Of a stretch of DNA of 55,543 nucleotides, positions 18,539-27,254 are shown piece by piece. Origin of the DNA: a virus (taxonomy: Duplodnaviria > Caudoviricetes); IMG/VR virus record IMGVR_UViG_3300035007_000011, positions 1 through 55,543 of that record; one strand, 5' to 3'. A program made the translations under genes and the position numbers. Position 1 is the first letter of the stretch. Each line of letters begins with the position of its first letter. Below the pieces are notes generated by a model. The model made no database searches and was not told the DNA's origin. It saw only the letters and a program-made list of their open reading frames with translations.

Positions 18539-19459
18539 TTAGATCAGGGTAAGCGCCAAAGTTTGATCAGGAAAAAAGTTTGCCTCTTGTAATGAATCTA
18601 AATCTTCTATCGTTAGATTTAATGAAGGCTTTTTATCTTGGTATGTATAAGCAATTAAACCAGAAATAACATTAACCATGAAATTACAAACGCTGCGGTG
18701 GCGAGTGTGTTGAATTTGGGAAATATTTTTTAATTGATCGTTAACTGTTTCTATCAGGGAACGCTTTCTTAATAAAATTTTATCGATTAAAGGCATGAAG
18801 CGATTTTTCATATTTTTTTTAATAGTTGTAATAAGTTGAAGATTTTGCTTTTGGAGAAGCTCAAATAATTTCTGGGAAATATATCCCCGGTCACCAAATA
18901 ATTTACCAAACAAATTTTTCGTCATTTTTGGTACAGGTTTACGGTCATCTACGTTAGCGGGGGTAATCATAAAAGATAAAATCTCTCCCAATTCATTAAT
19001 TATTAGATGTAACTTAAAACCGAAGTACCAGCCCAAAGAGCTCTTTCCCCAATTCGCTAAATTTTTGAACACTCGATTACGTTTAGCCCTTTGATTTATA
19101 CATATTTCAAGGGAAGTTGAATCAATAAAGTTGATGCCAGTGCTGTGTCCACAACGCAGATGGAGATACCAACACAAAGGTATTAAAGCAGTTTTCTCCA
19201 ATTCTACAAATCGGTTGTAACTTACTAGTTGAGGAAAATATTTTGGTAAAAAATTGCATACGTGCTTAGTATAATAATCCTTAAAGTTTCTATAAGATGA
19301 TTGATGAAAATAAATAATTATTGTCATGACTTCGCTTAAGCATAAATTAAATTTTTTGTGACGTTTTCGCTCACTGTTTGGCAATAGTTCTTGCTGCCAA
19401 GTTTTTTCAAACTCTTTACAAAAATCATCGATGTCACAAAATAATTTTTCTAATTCCAT
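18539..19459 (-). CDS. IS982-family DDE transposase
   Basis: FIDST, GWYFGFKLHL, FGDRGY and RKRSLIETVNDQLKN motifs. Confidence 0.95.
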   Translation of the reverse strand: MELEKLFCDIDDFCKEFEKTWQQELLPNSERKRHKKFNLCLSEVMTIIIYFHQSSYRNFKDYYTKHVCNFLPKYFPQLVSYNRFVELEKTALIPLCWYLHLRCGHSTGINFIDSTSLEICINQRAKRNRVFKNLANWGKSSLGWYFGFKLHLIINELGEILSFMITPANVDDRKPVPKMTKNLFGKLFGDRGYISQKLFELLQKQNLQLITTIKKNMKNRFMPLIDKILLRKRSLIETVNDQLKNISQIQHTRHRSVCNFMVNVISGLIAYTYQDKKPSLNLTIEDLDSLQEANFFPDQTLALTLI

Positions 19460-19518
19460 ATTTCCCTTTTATCAAACTTGAAATAATCACATAATCAATA
19501 TAATATTTTACATAAAAA

Positions 19519-19989
19519 CTACGACTTTAAATCATCAGGGGACAAGGTTTGTTCATAAATTTTTGAAATTATTTTGGCGATTGATATTCGTGCTGATTTT
19601 TTATGTTTGAGAATTTTTTTAGCTATTTCAATTGCTTGACTATAGCTAGGTATTGATTCTGTGACAAAATCAGATTTCCCTTCTCGACTTCCAATATTAG
19701 ATTGTATGATTATTTCATGATTCTCTAATTCTGTTTTTGTGACAATTTCATAATCCCCGAAATTAGATTTAATCACAAATTCATTAACTGGGGATTTTGA
19801 TTTTGTGTCTAATTCAATATTTTCGCCAGAATCAAGTCTACGAGCAAGCAACATTACTTGTGTCGCGATTAATTTTGGTACACGGATTGTAATCGTGTCT
19901 TTATTATTCCAAGTTGGTTTTCTGCCAGCATTTTCACGTCTTCCTCCCCTGAGATCCGGTTTTTGAGATTTTTTAGTACCCATCACCAT
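19519..19989 (-). CDS. IS passenger, putative DNA-binding (RHH-like) protein
   Basis: RGGRRENAGRKP..TITIRVP motif. Confidence 0.55.
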   Translation of the reverse strand: MVMGTKKSQKPDLRGGRRENAGRKPTWNNKDTITIRVPKLIATQVMLLARRLDSGENIELDTKSKSPVNEFVIKSNFGDYEIVTKTELENHEIIIQSNIGSREGKSDFVTESIPSYSQAIEIAKKILKHKKSARISIAKIISKIYEQTLSPDDLKS

Positions 19990-20164
19990 AATGAATTCAT
20001 CACAAATTCATTTTCCCACTTTGAGTGCCTAAATATGCATAAATACATCATATTCTCATTTGTGGAAGCTTGTTGATATCTAGCTAAAGGAACGTGTGTT
20101 GCTTAATCGCTTACTCTGTCTAGTTTTCAGACTTTTCCTTACGTCGAATTCAGGTCCTTATAAC

Positions 20165-20566
20165 ATGACACCATCTGATTTACGAGCTATTTCCATCCAC
20201 GCACCTTTCGCCTACGCCATCTGTCTAGGGTTGAAGGATGAAGAGTACCGCACACAGCCAACTAAAATTAGGGGCTGGGTTTTGATACACAGCAGCAAAA
20301 ATAAGGCTTCTGACGAATACTTCACCGATTACGGGATTGATAGCGCTACAGCTAAACGCGGCGCGATTATTGGGGCTTGCAAACTAATTGACTGCATTGG
20401 CATTTCTGGAGACTATGCTTATTGTCTGGAACGTCCTCTTTTATTTCCGCAAGCCTTGGAAGGAGTCAGGGGTCAGCAAAGCATATTTTGGGGAGTCAGC
20501 AAGAGCGCACCAGAGCGCGACTACGCTTTTAAATTGGCTTGGGAGATGATTCAATGCTTGAGCTAA
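20165..20566 (+). CDS. ASCH-domain protein
   Basis: AISIHAPFAYAICLGLKDEEYRT; paralog of the 10477 N-terminus. The track's start (20096) lies inside the IS. Confidence 0.85.
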   Translation: MTPSDLRAISIHAPFAYAICLGLKDEEYRTQPTKIRGWVLIHSSKNKASDEYFTDYGIDSATAKRGAIIGACKLIDCIGISGDYAYCLERPLLFPQALEGVRGQQSIFWGVSKSAPERDYAFKLAWEMIQCLS

Positions 20567-20589
20567 AATGACTCTATTTAGAGGCAACT

Positions 20590-21117
20590 ATGGCGGGATT
20601 AAAAGATATTTATGCCCTATCTCTCAGGGCAGATGCAGCCATAAGGATGGCGATTGGAGATTTAACAATACAATTAGCTTTCATAGATTTGGAATATAAA
20701 GGTAAACTCATAATCCATGCTTGTTCGTATGCCTCCAGAGAAGAAGAAGACGAATGCATAAAACGGATTACACAATTAAGTTTTTCACCAGAAGAAGTAC
20801 CAACCAACAGTATTTTGGCTTGGGCGAAAATTAAAGAAATCAAAATTTACACGCCGCAAACTTTTGCTATTGATGCCAGGTTGCATGGTTATGGCATTGA
20901 TTTAAATCAGTTTCTTGCTACTGAAGGCTGGCAAGGCAAAACAGTGTACGGCTACGTATTGGAAGAACATCATTATCTCAGCCTACCGATTATGGGTGTT
21001 GGTAGCGAGTATCAGCATGGTGATTGGTGGCAAGCGGAAACACCGTTTGAGATTTTGTGTTTCAAACGGTGTTTTGATGCGGAATCCGTAGATATAGCCC
21101 AATCGGTGGGGTATTAA
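20590..21117 (+). CDS. Divergent ASCH-like protein
   Basis: YALSLRA..A..MAIG....YKGKLIIHAC; GxKxxExR motif degenerate. Confidence 0.6.
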   Translation: MAGLKDIYALSLRADAAIRMAIGDLTIQLAFIDLEYKGKLIIHACSYASREEEDECIKRITQLSFSPEEVPTNSILAWAKIKEIKIYTPQTFAIDARLHGYGIDLNQFLATEGWQGKTVYGYVLEEHHYLSLPIMGVGSEYQHGDWWQAETPFEILCFKRCFDAESVDIAQSVGY

Positions 21118-21581
21118 ATTCCTAACCGACGTGCAGCTCCTCTAGCTGCTGCCCGTTCGCCTCGAGTTGTACCTCTTCTAACTAATTCACGAATAGCATT
21201 GGCGCGGCGTGGCGAAACTGCGGCACCTCTGGCTACGGTTCTTGGTGCCGAACGAGAGCCGCGCCTACCACGCCCAGCGCCAGCAGAACGGGCATTATCA
21301 GCACCAGAACTTCCACCGCGACGGCGAGAACCGCCTCTTGCTACTAATCCACTACTAACGCCAATCCCTGGAAGATTTATGACTCGATTTCCCCCACCTA
21401 GTCCCGAAGTTTGGGAAGCGACTCTGGCAGCACGACGAGCTTGCCGCGCTGGAACACTAACACCTACTAATCCCCCACCTCTATTACGGGTTCCACCACG
21501 AGCAGTGCGTACCCTTCCTGTGGAAAGGTTCTGACCAAACCCGCCCCCCCCAGTCCTTCTGCCTCCACCTGATCTAGCCAT
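21114..21581 (-). CDS. Arg/Gly-rich protamine-like protein
   Basis: 155 aa with about 34 Arg, no Lys and 3 acidic residues; GGGAAACCTA motif upstream (21614-21623, minus strand). Confidence 0.7.
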   Translation of the reverse strand: MARSGGGRRTGGGGFGQNLSTGRVRTARGGTRNRGGGLVGVSVPARQARRAARVASQTSGLGGGNRVINLPGIGVSSGLVARGGSRRRGGSSGADNARSAGAGRGRRGSRSAPRTVARGAAVSPRRANAIRELVRRGTTRGERAAARGAARRLGI

Positions 21582-21624
21582 AATGGAATCCTAGTTTTGT
21601 AATGTTACATATTTAGGTTTCCCG

Positions 21625-21963
21625 ATGGTTCTTCTGTCAAGACATAAAACGCTTTATTACGAGTTGACTACGGACGATGGAGAAATAGTTGGCGGCGTTT
21701 TTGCTGTTGACCACCATCAATATATTGAAATTGTTGATTTGTTTGTAAATAAACAGTTTCAAGGGCAGAAATATGGGCGATCGCTCTTTAGGGATGTTTT
21801 AAATACCTACCCCTACAGCACAATTTGTCTGCGTTGTAAAGCTTTTGATGATGGGTTAAGTCAAGATGAATTAGCAGAGTGGTATCGGCGCTGGGATTTT
21901 GAAGATGGTTCGCCGTTTCATGAGGGGGATGGGTGGATGCATAAAAGTCAACGCCGAATTTAA
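21625..21963 (+). CDS. GNAT acetyltransferase
   Basis: LFVNKQFQGQKYGRSL (motif A) and L..WYRRWDF. Confidence 0.85.
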   Translation: MVLLSRHKTLYYELTTDDGEIVGGVFAVDHHQYIEIVDLFVNKQFQGQKYGRSLFRDVLNTYPYSTICLRCKAFDDGLSQDELAEWYRRWDFEDGSPFHEGDGWMHKSQRRI

Positions 21964-22868
21964 GTTTTTTTTGTCATAAACCGGGCTTGAATTTCTGGAA
22001 ATAGTTCACACAATTCTGCCAACTGCACGGGGGCGTAAAATGCCAGCCATTTGTAATACTGCGAACATAATATTTCTGGCGTGCAGTACCAGAGAGTACG
22101 GGGAAAAGCTTTATTACCCTTTTTTTGGGGTATTTGGTGCATTGAATAAATAGGTGAAATCGGGGCATCTTCACTTACTAGTAATGCCCACACATCGATA
22201 TCCTTCCATTCACCTATGGGTAAAGCACGGACATAAGGAAGTGCATCTTTGTCATCTTGATCGTGAAACTGAAACATGCCTTCTCGACTTATTTCAAAAG
22301 CTCTCTCCATGCCTTCACCACCCCGATTACCCCACAAATACATTACATTTTCTTCACCTTCACCGTAGAGATGGTGAAATTGGTACAATGCTTCGTATGT
22401 AATACTTTCTGCCACTCCCCCCCAATCCCAAAAGTTGAGAAGCTTACCTTCTTTGGTGCGTAATCCGTAGGTATTGCCCCAGTCAAGATAAGAACGAATT
22501 ATCTGGGAAAATGGGCGGTCTGTGATGTAGTCTTCAAAGTAAAATTCACCTAAATATTCTTGCCATTCAATCTCTACTAAATAATGTTGGGGTAATTCTG
22601 CCCCATTTTTAATAATAAGATGCGTGTAATTGAGTTCGGCTAACTCCAAAATTAACGCAGTTGCCATTGAGTCTTTGCCATAGCCAAACCACAGCCCAGG
22701 CGGTATGTTTTGATTTACTCGCGGATCGGCATACCATTGCTGTACACGGGCTATTGTCTTGGCTTTTAGTTTTTTGAATTGGTCGGTTTTGGCGTGGGCA
22801 GCGGCGGCGGCATAGCGAGATGGGGGGAGTGCTTCAAATATTCTCATGTTGGTTCGCCTTGCTTGCAT
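21960..22868 (-). CDS. PAPS-reductase-family (PP-loop) protein
   Basis: GYGKDS, WGNRGGEGMER and PIGEWKDIDVW motifs. Confidence 0.8.
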   Translation of the reverse strand: MQARRTNMRIFEALPPSRYAAAAAHAKTDQFKKLKAKTIARVQQWYADPRVNQNIPPGLWFGYGKDSMATALILELAELNYTHLIIKNGAELPQHYLVEIEWQEYLGEFYFEDYITDRPFSQIIRSYLDWGNTYGLRTKEGKLLNFWDWGGVAESITYEALYQFHHLYGEGEENVMYLWGNRGGEGMERAFEISREGMFQFHDQDDKDALPYVRALPIGEWKDIDVWALLVSEDAPISPIYSMHQIPQKKGNKAFPRTLWYCTPEILCSQYYKWLAFYAPVQLAELCELFPEIQARFMTKKT

Positions 22869-23062
22869 CCAGACTCTTGGCTACTCCTGCCCTTTTTGGG
22901 CTTTGCGCGTGAGCAAAGCGTATCACCTCTGGCTTGACCAACACCATAAAAATATATACCACAATTTATACAGAATTTATCGCCTAAACCTGTGTCAGAC
23001 ATTTCCAAAGCATCAAGAACATCAGAGGAGCGATCGCACCGAGGGCATTTAGTCATTGACAT
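22844..23062 (-). CDS. Small Zn-finger protein
   Basis: CPRC...CINC. Confidence 0.5.
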   Translation of the reverse strand: MSMTKCPRCDRSSDVLDALEMSDTGLGDKFCINCGIYFYGVGQARGDTLCSRAKPKKGRSSQESGCKQGEPT

Positions 23063-23306
23063 CCACTAGCTCAATCTCTGTTTCAAATGGTGGGGCGCAC
23101 GTTGGAAATTGCATCAATTCCCCAAAAATACCCATTAACTCCCAAAGTTGCCAAGTTGAATATCCCTGCTCATCCTCCTCAACAGGACGGCGAGGAAATA
23201 AGCTTTCATACTTCCCATGAATCTTTTTATGTCGCTCAACCAAGTGATTTCTCCCAACATCCGTTAGCTTTATTTTTACCTTTTGGTTAAGATTTATTGA
23301 TTCCAC
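23049..23306 (-). CDS. Conserved hypothetical phage protein
   Basis: INLNQKVKIKLT.G and QLWELMGIFG motifs. Confidence 0.6.
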   Translation of the reverse strand: MESINLNQKVKIKLTDVGRNHLVERHKKIHGKYESLFPRRPVEEDEQGYSTWQLWELMGIFGELMQFPTCAPPFETEIELVDVND

Positions 23307-23881
23307 AAATCTCCTTCTAACGCATCTTCTTGGATTTCTTCTGAGATGGGTTCACTAGACACAGTTTCGTCTTCTTGCGCTTCATCAATTAATGCCTGTA
23401 ACTGTTCAATTGGTAAATCTGCATCCAATTTTAACTGCTGGATACACGATAAAGCTAATTCCCGTGCCACGCGATCGCCTGAATTTTTCAGCACTGCCAC
23501 GATAAATGCCTTGCAAATTTCCAACTGACGGCGAACATCACCCATCTTGCTAAGTCGCATTGCCCCGTCAGCTAACACAAGCGTACCTTGGAAAGCGCGT
23601 AGCATCCCGTCTAAATCAAGTCCCAGCAGCCGAAGTTTCAATTCGTCTACAAATTCAGCAGTAAGCTCGCCCTGCTCCACTAGCACCTCACAAGCTTGAA
23701 GTAAGGTTTTAGCCTCCTTCCCAAACTTACCCGCACCCTCGATTTGACTAATTACCCGACCGTGAGCCACATAAAAAGTCTCACGAATTATGGTTTCATA
23801 GTCGTAATTTTGAGAGTCAACAAAAGCATCACGCCACTTTCCCGTTAATTTTTTTCCATACAACGATTCATTATTGGTCAT
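23294..23881 (-). CDS. Hypothetical protein, possible terminase small subunit
   Basis: Helical 195 aa in the ParB/HGGxSTG operon; call is by position only. Confidence 0.35.
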   Translation of the reverse strand: MTNNESLYGKKLTGKWRDAFVDSQNYDYETIIRETFYVAHGRVISQIEGAGKFGKEAKTLLQACEVLVEQGELTAEFVDELKLRLLGLDLDGMLRAFQGTLVLADGAMRLSKMGDVRRQLEICKAFIVAVLKNSGDRVARELALSCIQQLKLDADLPIEQLQALIDEAQEDETVSSEPISEEIQEDALEGDLWNQ

Positions 23882-24165
23882 TCACTGCAACAGCCTTTAA
23901 CTACCTCAGCAATAACGCGGCTAACTTCTTGCATTGTCCGACTGCGACGACCATGTTTAAAGTTGTTTTGGCTACTTTTAGCTTTGCCTTCTTCTGTGCG
24001 TGGACCGGTTGATTTTTCCCAAGGTTTAGCAGCTTTAATCCGTTGTCTTGCAGCCTCAATAAATTCAGGTGATAAATTGCGGCGGTATTTTTTTATAGGG
24101 TATTTTTTGGAATTGAATTCGGCTAGGAACTTCTCAATATCAAACATTTTCTTGTTGATTAACAA
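23878..24165 (-). CDS. HGGxSTG-like packaging-region protein
   Basis: STGPRTEEGKAKSSQNNFKHG. Confidence 0.7.
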   Translation of the reverse strand: MLINKKMFDIEKFLAEFNSKKYPIKKYRRNLSPEFIEAARQRIKAAKPWEKSTGPRTEEGKAKSSQNNFKHGRRSRTMQEVSRVIAEVVKGCCSE

Positions 24166-25072
24166 TAAATCTTACTGCTTCTAGAATAGTCTGCGATCGC
24201 CACTGTTGTGCTAGTCCTTCTCTAGGAATCTTGAGTTTATCGGCAGTCAATGCTATCAGCTCTTTAAATTCATCCAACACCTCTTTGTCCAAATACACCA
24301 AAAACCGCGTTTGTTCATCTGACGGGTTGTAACTCGCTGATTCAACTTCAGCCAATACCCCATCAAGAATTTCTGTAGTATCAACGGTTACTATTTCATT
24401 GTTACCCGTGGTGTAGTCGGTTGAGGAGCGTGCTTCAACATCAACCGTGTTGCCAGAGTAGTCGGTAGCATCAGGGCGTTCAAAATGCTCCTTATCTTGA
24501 TAATCAAATTCGTCTTCCGGTTCTTCCTCCTTCCTTACTAAAAAAGCTTGCATGAAATTGTTAGCAGTGGAGGTGTCCCAGCCTGCTGTTTTAATTTGGT
24601 GCTTGGGCATTTGTGCCAGAATCGCCGCAATTTTACCGGGGTCATCCCGTCCATCGTGGGAGGTGTTGTTAAGCCGCAGTAGTGCCGATTTTTGGCTGAG
24701 GGCATCAAGTGTTGCTGGGATAACAGGAGTTTTCGACCAATAGTCACTGCAAAATCGCCCTTGATGCTTGGTAGCTATTTTGTCTCTACCAGTACCTTTT
24801 ATCCAGCGATTCCACTCAGTTGTGAAGAAATCTTCATTTTGCCGTGACAGCCAATCAGCCCCGATAGTTCTGCCGTGACCTGAGATGAGGTATCCCAGAC
24901 TACCATCTAGGTTTTGCTGGATACTTGGGTAGGTTAACCAACCAAAGTCTAGCAAGCTTTCGCGTATCCAGGGTAAATCATGTTCTTCGGTATGTTCGCG
25001 GGGATTTTCGGGGTGGAATTTTTCGATGATGGTGTGGGTAGGAAGCCACATTACCTCATTCGCTTGGCTCAT
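24140..25072 (-). CDS. ParB/Srx N-terminal domain protein
   Basis: HPENPREH..IRESLLDFGW..LISGHGR..LRLNN. Confidence 0.8.
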   Translation of the reverse strand: MSQANEVMWLPTHTIIEKFHPENPREHTEEHDLPWIRESLLDFGWLTYPSIQQNLDGSLGYLISGHGRTIGADWLSRQNEDFFTTEWNRWIKGTGRDKIATKHQGRFCSDYWSKTPVIPATLDALSQKSALLRLNNTSHDGRDDPGKIAAILAQMPKHQIKTAGWDTSTANNFMQAFLVRKEEEPEDEFDYQDKEHFERPDATDYSGNTVDVEARSSTDYTTGNNEIVTVDTTEILDGVLAEVESASYNPSDEQTRFLVYLDKEVLDEFKELIALTADKLKIPREGLAQQWRSQTILEAVRFIVNQQENV

Positions 25073-26190
25073 TTTTTCACCTCTGTTGCTACAGCTTCTT
25101 GACTACGCTGCATTGCTTCATTTAACTTAAGTAATGCTGTATCTAGCTGTGGAGACTGCGAACAGTTTTTAGTCAGCCATTCGGCAAGACAATTAAATCT
25201 ACCAATTAATTGCCATTGTTGTTGTACAGGTGTCATTAGTTTTCTCGAAATTTTTATACTCTTAATATCATAAGATTTCGCCCAAAGATAAATCGTGCTA
25301 TGGTCGATTCCAAGATAGGTTTCACACCAGTGCAGGCTTTTACCTTCCTTGATATGTAACAAAGCTTTATGTTTAATCTCTTCCCCATACCCACGCCTGC
25401 CTACTGGTAACGGATTCTCTACAAATTGATGACCACAGGATTTGCAGAGGTATGATTGTTTACCAGTACGTTTCCCGTTTTTGATGGTTTCATACTTGCC
25501 GCAACTAGGGCATTTCACGCGCCCTTGAGTAATTGACCGTAATAATTGTATAGATTCGGTTTCAATTCTTTTGATTTCGCTTAGTTTCAACGAATACTCA
25601 CGCGCAACTTCTTTTATGGGAATTACTTCTATGTATATACTACGGATAATGGCAGCGTGTTGTGGCGGGAGTTGAGACAGTAGCGGTTCCCACTCAAAAT
25701 CATCATCCACGGCATTATCAGTTAGCGACTGGGGTAACTCTAGCAAATGCTGTGTACACGCTACTGCTGACTCTTGGGCTAATTCTAATTCTATATCAAG
25801 TGCTGCTGCTGCCTGGATATAGGGTATACCTTCATTTTTAGAATGCCGATTAACTTTTTGATAAGTTTCTTGCAGCTTTCGGGGTATCTTCACCAAATGC
25901 CCTTTATCGCGTAGCCATTGTAGTATTCCACCTTGGATGAAAGGGATAGCCAAGGTGGAGAATTTGCGGTTTTTGGTAGGGTCGAACCGTTCCACTGCTT
26001 TGATTAATCCCAAAATACCAACTTGTACCAATTCTTCAAAGGGCAGCGTGCAGTAGTTTGTCATTTTGTGAGCAGTCATGTGGACTAAGCCCGTGTTTTG
26101 CTCAACTAAAATGTTGCGGAGACGGATATCTTTGTTTTGATGATACTCAAGAAATATTACTTCATTATCTAAATATGTCGTGCAAACCAT
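25069..26190 (-). CDS. SigB/SigF/SigJ-type sigma factor fused to an IS1-InsA-like Zn ribbon + HTH
   Basis: LRNILVEQNTGLV, ELVQVGILGLIKAVERFDP, FSTLAIPFIQGGILQWLRDK..VKIPR; then CPSC..KNG....QSYLCKSCGHQF and LGIDHSTIYLW. Confidence 0.88.
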   Translation of the reverse strand: MVCTTYLDNEVIFLEYHQNKDIRLRNILVEQNTGLVHMTAHKMTNYCTLPFEELVQVGILGLIKAVERFDPTKNRKFSTLAIPFIQGGILQWLRDKGHLVKIPRKLQETYQKVNRHSKNEGIPYIQAAAALDIELELAQESAVACTQHLLELPQSLTDNAVDDDFEWEPLLSQLPPQHAAIIRSIYIEVIPIKEVAREYSLKLSEIKRIETESIQLLRSITQGRVKCPSCGKYETIKNGKRTGKQSYLCKSCGHQFVENPLPVGRRGYGEEIKHKALLHIKEGKSLHWCETYLGIDHSTIYLWAKSYDIKSIKISRKLMTPVQQQWQLIGRFNCLAEWLTKNCSQSPQLDTALLKLNEAMQRSQEAVATEVKK

Positions 26191-26207
26191 TTCACCCTAA
26201 TATCCGA

Positions 26208-26576
26208 ATGACTTTCACAATAAGCGTAGAGGGGCAATTCACCACTGACCCGGAAACTGGAAATCCGGTACAGGTGACAGTCCCTTACCAAGTAGAAGCA
26301 TGGTTGCAGGGTAATAACAGCGTAAAACCTGAACCTGGAAGTAACCCTAACATGGTTATGCTACAGGGATATTCCGTAAAACCACGGATTTTACCAAACG
26401 AAATAATCTATAAACAATCTGAAGCAGTTGCAGTTTACATAGACCCCTTAACTGGGAATCAGCACCAAGGGAAATTTACACTCAAGCCAAAGTTTGACAG
26501 TAACCGTCCTCGTGTTGCTAAAGCATTGGCAAGAGGGATTGGAACCCAGATGGAGGGGACATTTGAATGGAGTTAA
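26208..26576 (+). CDS. Probable head-tail joining protein
   Basis: TTDPETGNP motif, beta-rich, ~122 aa. Confidence 0.45.
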   Translation: MTFTISVEGQFTTDPETGNPVQVTVPYQVEAWLQGNNSVKPEPGSNPNMVMLQGYSVKPRILPNEIIYKQSEAVAVYIDPLTGNQHQGKFTLKPKFDSNRPRVAKALARGIGTQMEGTFEWS

Positions 26577-26746
26577 GCCGAGAGCAAGAATTTAAGATTT
26601 GTAGTTTCAATCAGCAAGTCAAATATTTGACCGAAATTGAAGTTAAACAAAAATTGGTGGAGATGTACCAAAGGATGATTATTCTACAAAATCATTATCA
26701 GCGGGAAATCAAAAAAACGTGGTTGATTAATGATGTGGGAAAATAA
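26567..26746 (+). CDS. nblA: NblA-like phycobilisome degradation adaptor (missing from ORF track)
   Basis: Hand translation MELSREQEFKICSFNQQVKYLTEIEVKQKLVEMYQRMIILQNHYQREIKKTWLINDVGK matches the NblA pattern LSxEQxF...SF..QV..L......L..MY.QM.......Y...K..W. Confidence 0.85.
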   Translation: MELSREQEFKICSFNQQVKYLTEIEVKQKLVEMYQRMIILQNHYQREIKKTWLINDVGK

Positions 26747-26768
26747 TTTTGTCCTACCCTGTCCTACT

Positions 26769-27254
26769 ATGTCTACAAGTATGGATATTAACCAAGTCGC
26801 TGAATATCTGGGTGTTTCCCACAAAACAGTTCGCCGTTACGTCAAGGCTGGAAAGCTTAAGGTAAAGTATGTTGAGGGTAAGGGAGTATACGATCAAGCC
26901 GAGGTAGAAGCGTTAAAACTTGACAAGCAAACACCCGTACACCGTGTTTTCCCATCGGTGGAGGAGGACATTCAATTGTCCCAGTTTGTCCCACCAGAAA
27001 TTGAGGGTCGAATTATACATCGACAGCAAGGGTTTGAAGAATATTATACTCTGCGATATTTGGAAATAAAGTTAACGCTGACTATAGAAGAGTGCGCGAT
27101 GATATCAGGTTTTTCTAAGGCTGGGTTAAGGAGTGCGGTAAAATCGGGAACATTAAAAGCAATAAAATATGGTGGTCGCTGGAGAGTGCGATCGCGTGAT
27201 TTAGAGGAATACGTAAAATGCCTATTTGGAGATCGTGGACACCCCCACAACTGA
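26769..27254 (+). CDS. Tandem excisionase/MerR-like HTH protein
   Basis: INQVAEYLGVSHKTVRRYVKAGKL and LTIEECAMISGFS..LRSAVKSGTL..KYGGRWRV. Confidence 0.8.
   Translation: MSTSMDINQVAEYLGVSHKTVRRYVKAGKLKVKYVEGKGVYDQAEVEALKLDKQTPVHRVFPSVEEDIQLSQFVPPEIEGRIIHRQQGFEEYYTLRYLEIKLTLTIEECAMISGFSKAGLRSAVKSGTLKAIKYGGRWRVRSRDLEEYVKCLFGDRGHPHN
27146..27155 (+). promoter_or_regulatory. GGGAAnnnTA motif for the tail-completion pair
   Basis: GGGAACATTA, 62 nt before ATG 27218. Confidence 0.5.

Larger units (their letters stand above)
18476..20155 (-). mobile_element. IS982-family element with passenger ORF
   Basis: 17-bp IRs atctgagttcgacgtaa (18476-18492) and ttacgtcgaattcaggt (20139-20155), 2 mismatches; AT-rich; no clear TSD. 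Confidence 0.8.

Noticed and set aside
20096-20164. Track start of the ASCH ORF
   Set aside because: Lies within the IS982 end; similarity to the paralog begins after ATG 20165
21199-21534. Pro-rich plus-strand ORF and many other short antisense ORFs in the track
   Set aside because: Shadow frames of well-supported genes on the opposite strand
25280-25520. IS1 insertion
   Set aside because: Only an InsA-like segment in frame with the sigma gene; no InsB/DDE region or terminal inverted repeats seen
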